Source: an uncultured Terracidiphilus sp. (GTDB lineage Bacteria; Acidobacteriota; Terriglobia; Terriglobales; Acidobacteriaceae). Taken from it: DNA of 64,000 bases. The stretch lies in NCBI GenBank assembly GCA_964571165.1, contig CAZNAW010000006.1, positions 77,103-141,102 of the forward strand, read 5' to 3'. Made by a program: the position numbers and the translations under genes. The notes beneath the pieces are model-generated. The model searched no databases. It worked only from the letters and a program-made list of their open reading frames with translations, and was not told the DNA's origin. Each line of letters begins with the position of its first letter. Position 1 is the first letter of the stretch. This document shows, piece by piece, positions 31,409 through 40,288 of the stretch.

Positions 31409-32944
31409 ATGCCCTGGCTCTCCCCTCTTCGCCCAGCTCGCGCACTCGCCTTCGCCTTGGCGCTGGGTGCGGCCACGGCCGCGGCACAAACCCCCGATTC
31501 CTTGCCCAGCGCTCCACAGCCGCAGACACAGCCCCGAATCCTGCAACAATCTGATCAGACCGTTCCCTACCAGATCGCGCTCGACTCCCAGCGCGGCGGC
31601 ATCGGAGCAGGCCCCGCCGATATGAGCCCCGTGGGCCGCGAGCCCCAGGATGCCCCGATCGTCGCCATGGCCCCCCACCCCGAAAATGCGCCCTGGTGGA
31701 TCTCCGGCCAGGCCAACATCATCTACCAGGGCCGTTTGCCCTTTCATTCCCTCTACGAGGGCCCCAACAGCTTCCACAACTCGGCTGAATACAAGACCTC
31801 CATGGTCGGCACGCTTTTCACAGCATGGCGGCCCACCCGCTCCATCCGATACAACACCGATCTGATCTTCGATCTGGAAACGTGCGAGGGCCGCGGCCTC
31901 AGCGAAGCTCTCGGGCTGGCCGGATTTACCAACCTGGATGTCGTTCGCAATCCTTACCTGGGCAAGGCTCCTTACATCGCCCGCTACGAGATCCACCAGA
32001 TCTTCGGCTTTACGCAAAGAACCACCAGCCAGGATCCAGGTCCCTTTGCCCTGGCTCCCAGCGTACCCCTGCGCCGAGTCGAGTTTCGCATCGGTAAATT
32101 GACGCTACCCGATTTCTTCGACGTAAACGAGGTCGGCTCGGATAGTCATCTCCAGTTCATGAATTGGACCGTGGACAACAACGGCGCGTGGGACTACGCC
32201 GCCGACACCCGCGGCTACACGGTGGGCGGCATGGCCGAGTATGACGACAAAATATGGAGCCTGCGCTACGGCATCTTCGCCATGCCGGTGATCGCCAACG
32301 GCATCGACCTCGACTGGGCCTTCAGCCGCGCCCATGGCCAGAACGGCGAGTTCGAGTTGCGGCACAGCTTCGTACCCAAGCATAAAGGGACGCAACGCAT
32401 CCTTTTTTATGCCAACCGCGCTCACATGGGCACTTACCGCGAGGCTGTGGACGCTTTTCTGGCAGGAACCGACCCAACACCCACCATCACCCTCCACGAG
32501 CACTTCGGCGCGCTCAAGTACGGCTTGGGCTATAACGCCGAACAGGAAGTAACTGAGAATCTCCGCGTCTTCGGCCGCTTCGGCTGGAACGAAGGCCAGC
32601 ACGAGTCCTTCGCCTACACCGAAGTGGACCAGACCGTCGAAGGTGGAGCCGATTACGCCGGAACGCGCTGGCACCGTCCGGTGGACAAGATCGGCCTGGC
32701 CGTCGTTTCCAACGCCATCAAGCGCGACCACCAGGAATATCTGAAGCTGGGCGGCCTCGGCTTCCTGCTGGGCGACGGCAACCTCAATTACGGGCGCGAG
32801 AACATTGTGGAAAGCTACTATAACTACCACGCCTGGCGCGGCCTGTTTTACGCCGTCGACGTGCAGCACATTGACAACCCCGGCTACAACCGCGACCGCG
32901 GCCCGGCCTGGGTGGGTTCCTTCCGCGCACACGTGGATTTTTAA
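31409..32944 (+). CDS. OprB-family outer-membrane porin
   Basis: Signal peptide; GAWDYAADTRGYT, GFLLGDG, NPGYNRDRGP; terminal Phe. Confidence 0.85.
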   Translation: MPWLSPLRPARALAFALALGAATAAAQTPDSLPSAPQPQTQPRILQQSDQTVPYQIALDSQRGGIGAGPADMSPVGREPQDAPIVAMAPHPENAPWWISGQANIIYQGRLPFHSLYEGPNSFHNSAEYKTSMVGTLFTAWRPTRSIRYNTDLIFDLETCEGRGLSEALGLAGFTNLDVVRNPYLGKAPYIARYEIHQIFGFTQRTTSQDPGPFALAPSVPLRRVEFRIGKLTLPDFFDVNEVGSDSHLQFMNWTVDNNGAWDYAADTRGYTVGGMAEYDDKIWSLRYGIFAMPVIANGIDLDWAFSRAHGQNGEFELRHSFVPKHKGTQRILFYANRAHMGTYREAVDAFLAGTDPTPTITLHEHFGALKYGLGYNAEQEVTENLRVFGRFGWNEGQHESFAYTEVDQTVEGGADYAGTRWHRPVDKIGLAVVSNAIKRDHQEYLKLGGLGFLLGDGNLNYGRENIVESYYNYHAWRGLFYAVDVQHIDNPGYNRDRGPAWVGSFRAHVDF

Positions 32945-32971
32945 AACAGGGAACAGAAATCAGGGAGCTGG

Positions 32972-33382
32972 CTACTTCCCGGCCCCGGCCGGCTGCGCTT
33001 GTGTTGGCGGCTGGGCAGGCAGGGTGTAGATGACCTCGCCCGGCTTGGCATAGTGCAGCTTTTCTCGCGCTTCGTGCTCGATGGCATCCGGATCGGACTT
33101 GAGCCGCTCAATGTGGTCGCGCAGCCGCGCGTTCTCCTGCTGCAGGTCCTGGATCTCCTTGCGTAACTGCTGGTCTTCGACGCGTTTCTGCTGCCACACT
33201 TGCAGCCCGTGCTTGCCGTTGATCACATGCCAGGTAAGCAGAAGCGCCAGTCCTACGGCTACCACGGTGCCCGCCGGACGCCACACACGCATCGTCCAGT
33301 TCAGCGCCCGCCTAGGCATTGGGCCCGGCCCGGATCCTGATCCAGCCCCTTTTTTCTCCACTTGCATCTTGCCGTCCGGCAT
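32972..33382 (-). CDS. ftsB: Septum formation initiator FtsB/DivIC family
   Basis: TM segment, coiled coil, IEHEAREKLHYAKPGE; start uncertain. Confidence 0.85.
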   Translation of the reverse strand: MPDGKMQVEKKGAGSGSGPGPMPRRALNWTMRVWRPAGTVVAVGLALLLTWHVINGKHGLQVWQQKRVEDQQLRKEIQDLQQENARLRDHIERLKSDPDAIEHEAREKLHYAKPGEVIYTLPAQPPTQAQPAGAGK

Positions 33383-33399
33383 TCGACCTCGGTCTGCTC

Positions 33400-34800
33400 T
33401 TAGCTGAGCACAAACTTCTCCGCCGCCGCCTTGAGCGCTTCCGTGTCCCGTTCGTTGCGCGCTTCGGTATAGGCTCGCACCACCGGTTCGGTCCCGGAGA
33501 GCCGATAGCAGACCCAGGAACCATCCTCCAGGATCAGCTTGAGCCCGTCCGTCCGAACCACCTTGGAAACCTTGCGGCCATCCAACTCCTTGGGATCGGC
33601 CTTCATCTTCTCAGTGAACGCGGCCTTCACTTCCGGGGTCAAGTGGAAGTTCTCCCGAACCGGATAGAAGGAACCAACCTTGGCAAACAGTTGCTTCAGT
33701 TGTGTGCCCAGGCTCTTGCCACGGGTAGCCACCATCTCCGCAACCAGCAGGCCCGCCAACACGCCATCCTTCTCAGGCACGTGGCCACGGATGGTGAGGC
33801 CGGCCGACTCCTCGCCGCCGATAGCGATCTTGTCGTCGTTGATGAGCTCGCCAATGTACTTGAACCCCACCGGCGTTTCGTACAGCGGAACCTTGTGGTA
33901 TTCGGCCAGCGCATTGATGAGGTTGGTGGTTGCCACGCTCTTGGCCACACCATTCTTCCAGCCGCGGGTCTCCACCAGGTAGTCAAACAAGAGCGCAATG
34001 ATGTAATTCGGAGAAATAAAGGTTCCATCGCGGTCCACAATGCCGAACCGGTCCGCATCGCCATCCGTAGCGACACCCAGGTCCGCACCAATCTCCCGCA
34101 TCTTGGCCTTGGCGTCGCCCAGCAGTTCGTCGGAGGGCTCCGGCGCATGGCCACCGAAGAGTACATCGCGATAATCGTGAACCGTCTCCACGGACACGCC
34201 CGCCTCGCGCAATATTTCAGAGAGGTAACCCCGCCCCGCGCCCCAGAATGGATCGTAGACCACCTTGATGCCCGACTTGGCAATGGCCTTGAGATCGACC
34301 AACTCCGCCAGCCGCTTCAGGAACGCCGGCTTGACGTCGGCGGTATCGAAGCTGGCCGTGCTGGTATCGGCAATCCTGAAGTCGTCGCTGAGGCGCGCAA
34401 TCGCCGCTTCAATCTGTTTGGTCACCTCCGGCAGCGCCGGGGCGCCGTCGTGGGTAGAGAACTTGATGCCGTTATACTCCGGCGGATTGTGCGAAGCGGT
34501 AAAGTTGATGGCCCCGGAAGTCTCCAGTGTGCGCACCGCATAGGCTATGGCCGGCGTCGGCGCGGCCTCGGGAATCACGATTGGCGTGACTCCCACCCCG
34601 GCAAGCACCCGCGCCGCCTCAGCCACGAACGTCTCGCCCAGGAACCGCGGATCGCGACCCACGAGCACGCGGTGCGGCTCCGGTTGCGTCTTCACGTAGG
34701 CGGCAATCCCCGCCACCGCCAGCCGGATGTTGGCCAGCGTAAACTCATCGGCCACAATCGCCCGCCATCCCGAGGTGCCAAACCTGATCGCTGTCGTCAT
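33400..34800 (-). CDS. Phosphoglucomutase/phosphomannomutase
   Basis: FGTSGWR, TASHNP, DGDADR, GEES, SGTEP. Confidence 0.95.
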   Translation of the reverse strand: MTTAIRFGTSGWRAIVADEFTLANIRLAVAGIAAYVKTQPEPHRVLVGRDPRFLGETFVAEAARVLAGVGVTPIVIPEAAPTPAIAYAVRTLETSGAINFTASHNPPEYNGIKFSTHDGAPALPEVTKQIEAAIARLSDDFRIADTSTASFDTADVKPAFLKRLAELVDLKAIAKSGIKVVYDPFWGAGRGYLSEILREAGVSVETVHDYRDVLFGGHAPEPSDELLGDAKAKMREIGADLGVATDGDADRFGIVDRDGTFISPNYIIALLFDYLVETRGWKNGVAKSVATTNLINALAEYHKVPLYETPVGFKYIGELINDDKIAIGGEESAGLTIRGHVPEKDGVLAGLLVAEMVATRGKSLGTQLKQLFAKVGSFYPVRENFHLTPEVKAAFTEKMKADPKELDGRKVSKVVRTDGLKLILEDGSWVCYRLSGTEPVVRAYTEARNERDTEALKAAAEKFVLS

Positions 34801-34979
34801 TGTCGTTCCGCTCCTTTGTCCGCCGTGGCGAACCGCCAAGGTCCATACTGCCTCACTCGGCTGCGCACGGCAAGCCGCAGCGATGACCGGAAGGTTAAAC
34901 TTCCTGGGAAAATACCGCTCTGCCGGGGCAATTCGGAATACATTGGCTTTGACAACGGTTCTTACCATGGAGCGGCCTT

Positions 34980-35315
34980 ATGCCCGAAACCACCCCGCCA
35001 GCACGCATCGTCCTCACCACCACGGCCAATGCTGAGGAGGCCAGCCGCCTGGGCCGCACTCTGGTCGAGGAGCGGCTCGCCGCCTGCGCCATTGTGATCC
35101 CTGCCGTGCAATCCATCTACCATTGGCAGGGCCAGATCGAGTCCGCTACGGAAACCCTGCTGCTGCTAAAGACCGGCCCGGATCAACTACCCGCACTCGA
35201 AGCGCGCCTCAACGAACTGCACAGCTACCAGACGCCAGAATTTCTTGTTCTTGCCGTCGAAGCGGCCAGCCAGCCCTACCTCGACTGGTTGCAAGACAGC
35301 CTTGGCAGGGCCTGA
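34980..35315 (+). CDS. cutA: Divalent-cation tolerance protein CutA
   Basis: LVEERLAAC, SIYHWQG, LHSYQTPE. Confidence 0.93.
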   Translation: MPETTPPARIVLTTTANAEEASRLGRTLVEERLAACAIVIPAVQSIYHWQGQIESATETLLLLKTGPDQLPALEARLNELHSYQTPEFLVLAVEAASQPYLDWLQDSLGRA

Positions 35316-35432
35316 TCCGCGGCAGGTTCCCATCTGTCTGATATTCTGGCCCACAGCGGTTCCCAATTGCCGCAGATGGTAAACACGCTCAGGCACGACC
35401 GGCAAAATTGGATTGCTGTTCTCTTTTCTGCG

Positions 35433-35588
35433 ATGCGCTGGTTATTGATTGGTCTTCTCGTCTCTCTCGGAGTGCTGCTGTTTGCGGCTGCGGGCGTGGC
35501 GCGTCACATCTGGCTGCAGCACGTGAAACTTCGTCAAAAGCCGTCGGCCGGCGCCGCTCCTGCTCCCGACCTGGACGTGGAACCGTGA
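35433..35588 (+). CDS. Small single-TM hypothetical protein
   Basis: MRWLLIGLLVSLGVLLFAAAG hydrophobic helix; co-oriented with bioY. Confidence 0.55.
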   Translation: MRWLLIGLLVSLGVLLFAAAGVARHIWLQHVKLRQKPSAGAAPAPDLDVEP

Positions 35589-35598
35589 GGGAATTTCT

Positions 35599-36198
35599 TT
35601 GAGCAAAGAACTTTCAGTACCGCTGGCCCAGGCCGCTGCCCCCACCGCCACCGCGGCAACGGGTTTGCGCACCACCGGCATTGTGCTTGCCGGCAGCGCC
35701 TTTGTGGCCGCCTGCGCCCATGTCTCGCTGCCTCTTTATTTCACGCCGGTTCCGCTTTCGCTGGCGCCCTTTGCGGTGCTGCTATTGGGCTTGCTGCTGA
35801 CGCCGCGCCTGGCCGCAGCCAGCCTCGGCGCCTACCTGGCCGAGGGCGTTCTGGGACTGCCCGTCTTTGCGCCCAGTTTGACAATGAACGGCGGGCTGAC
35901 TCATCTTTTTGGGCCCACCGGCGGCTACCTGCTCGCCTATCCGCTGGCCGCGCCCTTGATCGCCTTCCTTTTCCGCCGGACCCGGCGCGGATTTGCCGCG
36001 GCCGCCCTCAGCGCCGCGGCGGGCAACATCACCATTCTGGCCTGCGGAGCCTTGTGGCTTGCTTTCCTCACCCACACCTCAGTTCCGTCGGTTCTGGCCC
36101 TCGCCGTGCTTCCCTTTCTGCCCGGCGACGCACTCAAAATTGCCGCGGCCGCCGCGCTGGCCGCCAGTCTCCAGCGCATGCACCGCCCTACCCACTAG
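35599..36198 (+). CDS. bioY: Biotin transporter BioY
   Basis: FTPVP, GLPVF, GPTGGYL, PFLPGD. Confidence 0.93.
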   Translation: MSKELSVPLAQAAAPTATAATGLRTTGIVLAGSAFVAACAHVSLPLYFTPVPLSLAPFAVLLLGLLLTPRLAAASLGAYLAEGVLGLPVFAPSLTMNGGLTHLFGPTGGYLLAYPLAAPLIAFLFRRTRRGFAAAALSAAAGNITILACGALWLAFLTHTSVPSVLALAVLPFLPGDALKIAAAAALAASLQRMHRPTH

Positions 36199-36250
36199 CC
36201 TCATCCAAGAGTTGTTGCAGCTTTTTTGCCTTGAAAGGACCAACTTCCCA

Positions 36251-37123
36251 GTGACCAACCCGACACCCGCAACCGCTGAACCAAACGCTCCGCTTGAAAT
36301 CTCCATCGCTCACAGTCCCGACTCCGATGACGCTTTCATGTTCTACGGCCTGGCTACAAGCAAGGTCCGCGTCCCCGGCTACCGGTTTACCCACACGCTG
36401 TGCGACATTGAAACCCTGAACCGCCGCGCGCAGGACGAGGCCTTCTACGACGTCACGGCCATCAGCTTTCACGCCTACCCCTACCTGCAGCAGAACTACG
36501 CGCTGATGGGCTGCGGCGGCAGCGTGGGCGAGGGCTACGGCCCCATGGTCGTCTCAAGCAAGCCGCTGACGCCCGAGGAGCTGGGCCGGATCAAGGTCGC
36601 CGTTCCGGGCAACCTCACCACCGCCTATCTCGCGCTCAAAATCTTCAATCCCGCCATCCAGACTGAAACCGTCCCCTTCGATCGCATCATCCCCGAGATT
36701 CTGGCCGGCAACTTCGAGGCTGGGCTTATCATCCACGAGGGCCAGCTCACCTACTCTTCCAGCGGCCTTTACAAGGTGCTGGATCTCGGCATCTGGTGGC
36801 GCGAAACCACCGGCCTGGTGCTGCCGCTCGGCGGCAACGCCATCCGCCGTTCCCTGGGCGCCGATTCCATGCGCATCGTCACCAAGGCCGTCCGCGACAG
36901 CATTCAGCATGCCCTCGACCACCGCGAACAGGCCCTCGAATACGCCATGCAGTTCGCCCGCGACCTGGACGCCCGGCTGGCCAACCGCTTCGTCAGCATG
37001 TACGTGAACGACCGCACCCTGGACTACGGCCCAGACGGCCGCCAGGCCATCCACAAACTCCTCGACCTGGGCCACGAGCGCGGCATCATCCCCATCGCTC
37101 CCCAGGTGGACTTCATCGACTAG
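36251..37123 (+). CDS. mqnD: MqnD-like menaquinone (futalosine pathway) enzyme
   Basis: HSPDSDDAFMF, IIHEG, LPLGG; GTG start 36251. Confidence 0.8.
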   Translation: MTNPTPATAEPNAPLEISIAHSPDSDDAFMFYGLATSKVRVPGYRFTHTLCDIETLNRRAQDEAFYDVTAISFHAYPYLQQNYALMGCGGSVGEGYGPMVVSSKPLTPEELGRIKVAVPGNLTTAYLALKIFNPAIQTETVPFDRIIPEILAGNFEAGLIIHEGQLTYSSSGLYKVLDLGIWWRETTGLVLPLGGNAIRRSLGADSMRIVTKAVRDSIQHALDHREQALEYAMQFARDLDARLANRFVSMYVNDRTLDYGPDGRQAIHKLLDLGHERGIIPIAPQVDFID

Positions 37124-37144
37124 CTCATTCTCACTGGATTATGG

Positions 37145-37195
37145 GCTTCCCATCCTTCGCGGCTTTTCGAGGAAGAAATGCGAAGGGTGGGAAGC
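37145..37195. repeat. REP-like 16-bp hairpin (may also act as terminator)
   Basis: GCTTCCCATCCTTCGC / GCGAAGGGTGGGAAGC, 15/16 complementary. Confidence 0.65.
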
Positions 37196-37345
37196 GCGTT
37201 CCGCGGCCGGTGGGCTGACAGGAACGCGGTACCTTCGGCATCCGTATCGAGCCCAAAGGTCATTGAAGCGCCCAAAGAATCCGCCGACCCTCTCTAAATA
37301 GTTTCTAATCATTGCCGATGCATCCTGTACGGAGGTCTTTTGAGG

Positions 37346-38335
37346 ATGCTCGCCAACAACTCCCCCACGTTTCTGCTCGCTTCTCCGGAGCCCGCTCTAC
37401 TGGCTGCTGTTGAACCGCTGCTCCTGGCTTCCGGCGCCTGCGTGGAGATCGCCCTCTCTGCCGAGGCCGCCCTGGCCTCAATGACCGAGCCCAATCCACC
37501 CACGCTGGCCCTGCTCGACGTTAACCTGCCAGGCGTGCCAATGGACGAGTTACTTACCGCGGTGCGAGCCAACGTCTCCTCCAAGCGCCTTCCGATTGTC
37601 CTGATTACAGACACAGTCACACAGGAATGGATCGACCGCCTGGCCGAGGGTGTGATCAACGATGTGATTCTGCGCTCCACGGGGTCGGCCTACTGGCGGC
37701 TCCGGCTGGACATGGTACTGCGCACCCTGCAGAATGCACGCGAACTCGAAGCTCTTCACGAGGCCACCGCACTAAATGCGCAAATGGACCGTCTGACGGG
37801 CGTCTACAACCGGGAAACCCTGCTCGCCAAGCTGTTTCGCGAGACCGACCGCGTGCAGCGGATGAAGTCCTCCCTGTGCATGATTCTGTTTGACATTGAC
37901 GATTTCGGCCACTGGAACTCGCGACTCGGCGCGGACGCCTGCGACGATCTGCTCCGCCAGGTAGTGGGCCGCACCACGCGCCTGCTGCGCAGCTACGACC
38001 TGCTCGGCCGACCCGGCATGGACGAGTTTCTGGTGGCGCTGCCCGGTTGCAGCACCATGAGCGCCGTGCTGCTGGCGGAACGGGTTCGCATCGACGTGTT
38101 TTGCTTACCTTTCCACGTCGGTCGCGAATGCATCCGTCTCTCGGCCTGTTTCGGCATCGCCACCAGCCAGGGCCGCTCCCCGCTGGTGGTTCTGCGCGAG
38201 GCGGAAGAGGCGCTGCAATTGGCCAAAGATGCCGGGCCCGAATCCATTCAGTGCTTCAGCGGCTCACAGTACTCTTCCGCCGCCCCGGTCACCTATCTCT
38301 GCCCAAGCTCCGGCAACGAACTCCTTGCGTGGTGA
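37346..38335 (+). CDS. Atypical receiver + degenerate GGDEF protein
   Basis: LLDVNLP receiver; DRLTGVYNR, DIDDF, RSYD-x5-GMDEF. Confidence 0.88.
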   Translation: MLANNSPTFLLASPEPALLAAVEPLLLASGACVEIALSAEAALASMTEPNPPTLALLDVNLPGVPMDELLTAVRANVSSKRLPIVLITDTVTQEWIDRLAEGVINDVILRSTGSAYWRLRLDMVLRTLQNARELEALHEATALNAQMDRLTGVYNRETLLAKLFRETDRVQRMKSSLCMILFDIDDFGHWNSRLGADACDDLLRQVVGRTTRLLRSYDLLGRPGMDEFLVALPGCSTMSAVLLAERVRIDVFCLPFHVGRECIRLSACFGIATSQGRSPLVVLREAEEALQLAKDAGPESIQCFSGSQYSSAAPVTYLCPSSGNELLAW

Positions 38336-38492
38336 CGGGAACGCTGCCAGGTGCAAGAAACCTGCTCTTCCGCATAACCATGGACGCCGGGTTTCCCCTT
38401 GACTCCACGCCCGGCGATCTGTGCCGAGGAAGGAAGTCATTGACGAGGGCGTGGACCACTCATTCGGCAAAAAGCGAACAAATGACGAATAT

Positions 38493-38512
38493 GGGGGGGG
38501 GGGGGGGGGGGG
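38493..38512 (+). repeat. G20 homopolymer
   Basis: 20 consecutive G in intergenic DNA. Confidence 0.9.
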
Positions 38513-38752
38513 TGTTTCGCATGCCTCACGCCTTCCCGGTATGCCTTCTATTGCCATTGTGCGCCGGTGGACGGATATTTTCCGCAAGGCGGGCCTGCCC
38601 ACCCTTTCCGCATGAAGCTGAGGGATGGTTTGCGTCATCGCAAATCTCAGAGTCGAAATTCCGGGTGCTCATTCCTATGATCTGGGATTGAGATTTGGAC
38701 ACGCCCTCATTCTTGAATCGCCTTTTGATTCAACGGGGGGGAAACTACGAAG

Positions 38753-39994
38753 TCACGCATGCGCCTCCAGGCTCTCTTCCGCATCCAACCCCAGAAACTC
38801 CTGAAAGACTTCGTTGGAAAGCAGTTGGCCCCGCGCGGTCAGCCGAACCGTTTTGCCGTCCGAAGCCAGCAACCCAGCTTCGACCATTCGGCCAACCGCT
38901 GCCATTGCCCGCGCCAGCGTCTCCGGGCCGAACTCCCGCTGCAGCGCGGCCACGTCCACGCCCGCATTCAGCCGCAGTCCCAGAAACCATGCCTCCTCGT
39001 GCTGCCGCGCCGGCGAGAGCCACGCGGTTTCCACTGGCCGAGGCCCGGCAAGATACTCCGCCAGATCGTCGGTGGTGGTCGATCTCAACACATAGCCGGG
39101 TCTCGTGACATCTGGCGCATGGGCTGCCTCCCTCAGCATCGAAGACGCATCCAGCCCCAACCCCAGATACGGCCGTCGCTGCCAGTAGCGCAAGTTGTGC
39201 CGCGAGGGAAAACCGGGCCGGCAAAAGTTCGATATCTCATACTGGCTCAGCCCACCCTGCGCCAGTCTCTGGATTGCCACCGAGTACATCTGGGCAATGG
39301 CATCGTCGGTGGGAACCAGGCCGGCATGGTACCGCGCCCCTCCGGCCAGCATCTCGCGGCCCAACCGCGAGTCCTCGTCCACCTCAAGCATGTAGACACT
39401 GGCGTGCGGGACGCCGCTCTCGATCAGCGCCGCCAGCGACTCGTTCCACGAAGCAAACGTCTGCCCGGCCAGACCCGCTATCAGGTCCACATTCAGGTTC
39501 GCGATGCCCGCAGCCCGCAGCCGACTGATGTCCGCGAGCACCAAAGCACGGCTGTGCAGCCGCCCGCTGGCTTGCGCCTCGCGGTCGATGAACGACTGCA
39601 CGCCCAGGCTCACGCGGTTTACGCCCGCGGAGGTGAGCGCCTCCAGCGTCGAGTCCGCAAGCTGCCCCGGCGCACATTCCACCGTAATCTCGGCATCCGG
39701 GTCGAAGTCGCACTCCGCCCGCATGGCGGCAAACAGCCGCGCCAGCAGTTCCGGCTCAAGCAGAGTCGGCGTTCCGCCGCCAAGGTAGACGGTATCCACC
39801 CGGCGGGGAAGCTCGACGCCCATTTGCGCGGCCCACTCCCCGGCAGCGGCGAGGTCTTCGATCACCCGCTGCACGTAGCGCGCATGCTCGCTGGCCGGAT
39901 AGACACCCGAGGCAAAGTTGCAATAGGTGCACTTCGACCGACAGAAGGGAATCGAAATGTAGAGGCCGAGCGCGTTGTGGTTCGGAACCAGCAT
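38753..39994 (-). CDS. hemW: Radical SAM heme chaperone HemW
   Basis: CRSKCTYC, GGGTPT, YEISN, HNLRYW. Confidence 0.92.
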   Translation of the reverse strand: MLVPNHNALGLYISIPFCRSKCTYCNFASGVYPASEHARYVQRVIEDLAAAGEWAAQMGVELPRRVDTVYLGGGTPTLLEPELLARLFAAMRAECDFDPDAEITVECAPGQLADSTLEALTSAGVNRVSLGVQSFIDREAQASGRLHSRALVLADISRLRAAGIANLNVDLIAGLAGQTFASWNESLAALIESGVPHASVYMLEVDEDSRLGREMLAGGARYHAGLVPTDDAIAQMYSVAIQRLAQGGLSQYEISNFCRPGFPSRHNLRYWQRRPYLGLGLDASSMLREAAHAPDVTRPGYVLRSTTTDDLAEYLAGPRPVETAWLSPARQHEEAWFLGLRLNAGVDVAALQREFGPETLARAMAAVGRMVEAGLLASDGKTVRLTARGQLLSNEVFQEFLGLDAEESLEAHA

Positions 39995-40008
39995 GCGAGA
40001 TATTGTTT

Positions 40009-40215
40009 CACGGCCACAAAGGCTATGTAGAAAAGGCAAATCGCTCGGGAATTCCCAGAAAAACATGCCCCAGGGGCTCAAGCCTTTGCCGATTTTGTTG
40101 GCTTTGTGCGGGGATTGAAACCCCCACCTCCCTCCGGATCGAGTTTTTCGCAGGCCGTAAAGCCGTGGCCTGATACGCCAGTGATACCTCTGACCGGATG
40201 AGATTTTCCGCAGCC
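40009..40215. repeat. Composite REP/MITE-like repeat region
   Basis: CACGGC...TAAAGCCGTG split palindrome, internal hairpins, imperfect direct repeats 40134-40155 and 40194-40215. Confidence 0.5.
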
Positions 40216-40288
40216 AGGCTCCTGCCCGCGCCCTGTTCCATGACCTCTGATCTCCGTTATGCAATCATGGAAATAAGGAGATTCCGGT

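Noticed and set aside
31301..32017. 329-aa extended ORF containing the repressor
   Set aside because: The extension is antisense to the porin and crosses the operators; the family start is at 31300
33319..35097. 592-aa plus-strand ORF and similar long antisense ORFs (21317-22522, 38759-40030, 47038-48426)
   Set aside because: Shadow frames of well-supported genes in GC-rich DNA
38404..38455. Stem enclosing GGAAGGAAG, considered as SRP RNA or a riboswitch
   Set aside because: Lacks the CAGG...GNRA...AGCAG SRP helix and any riboswitch consensus I recognise
38421..38615. ORF with poly-Gly across the G20 tract, considered as a phase-variable gene
   Set aside because: No SD, no recognisable protein in any frame
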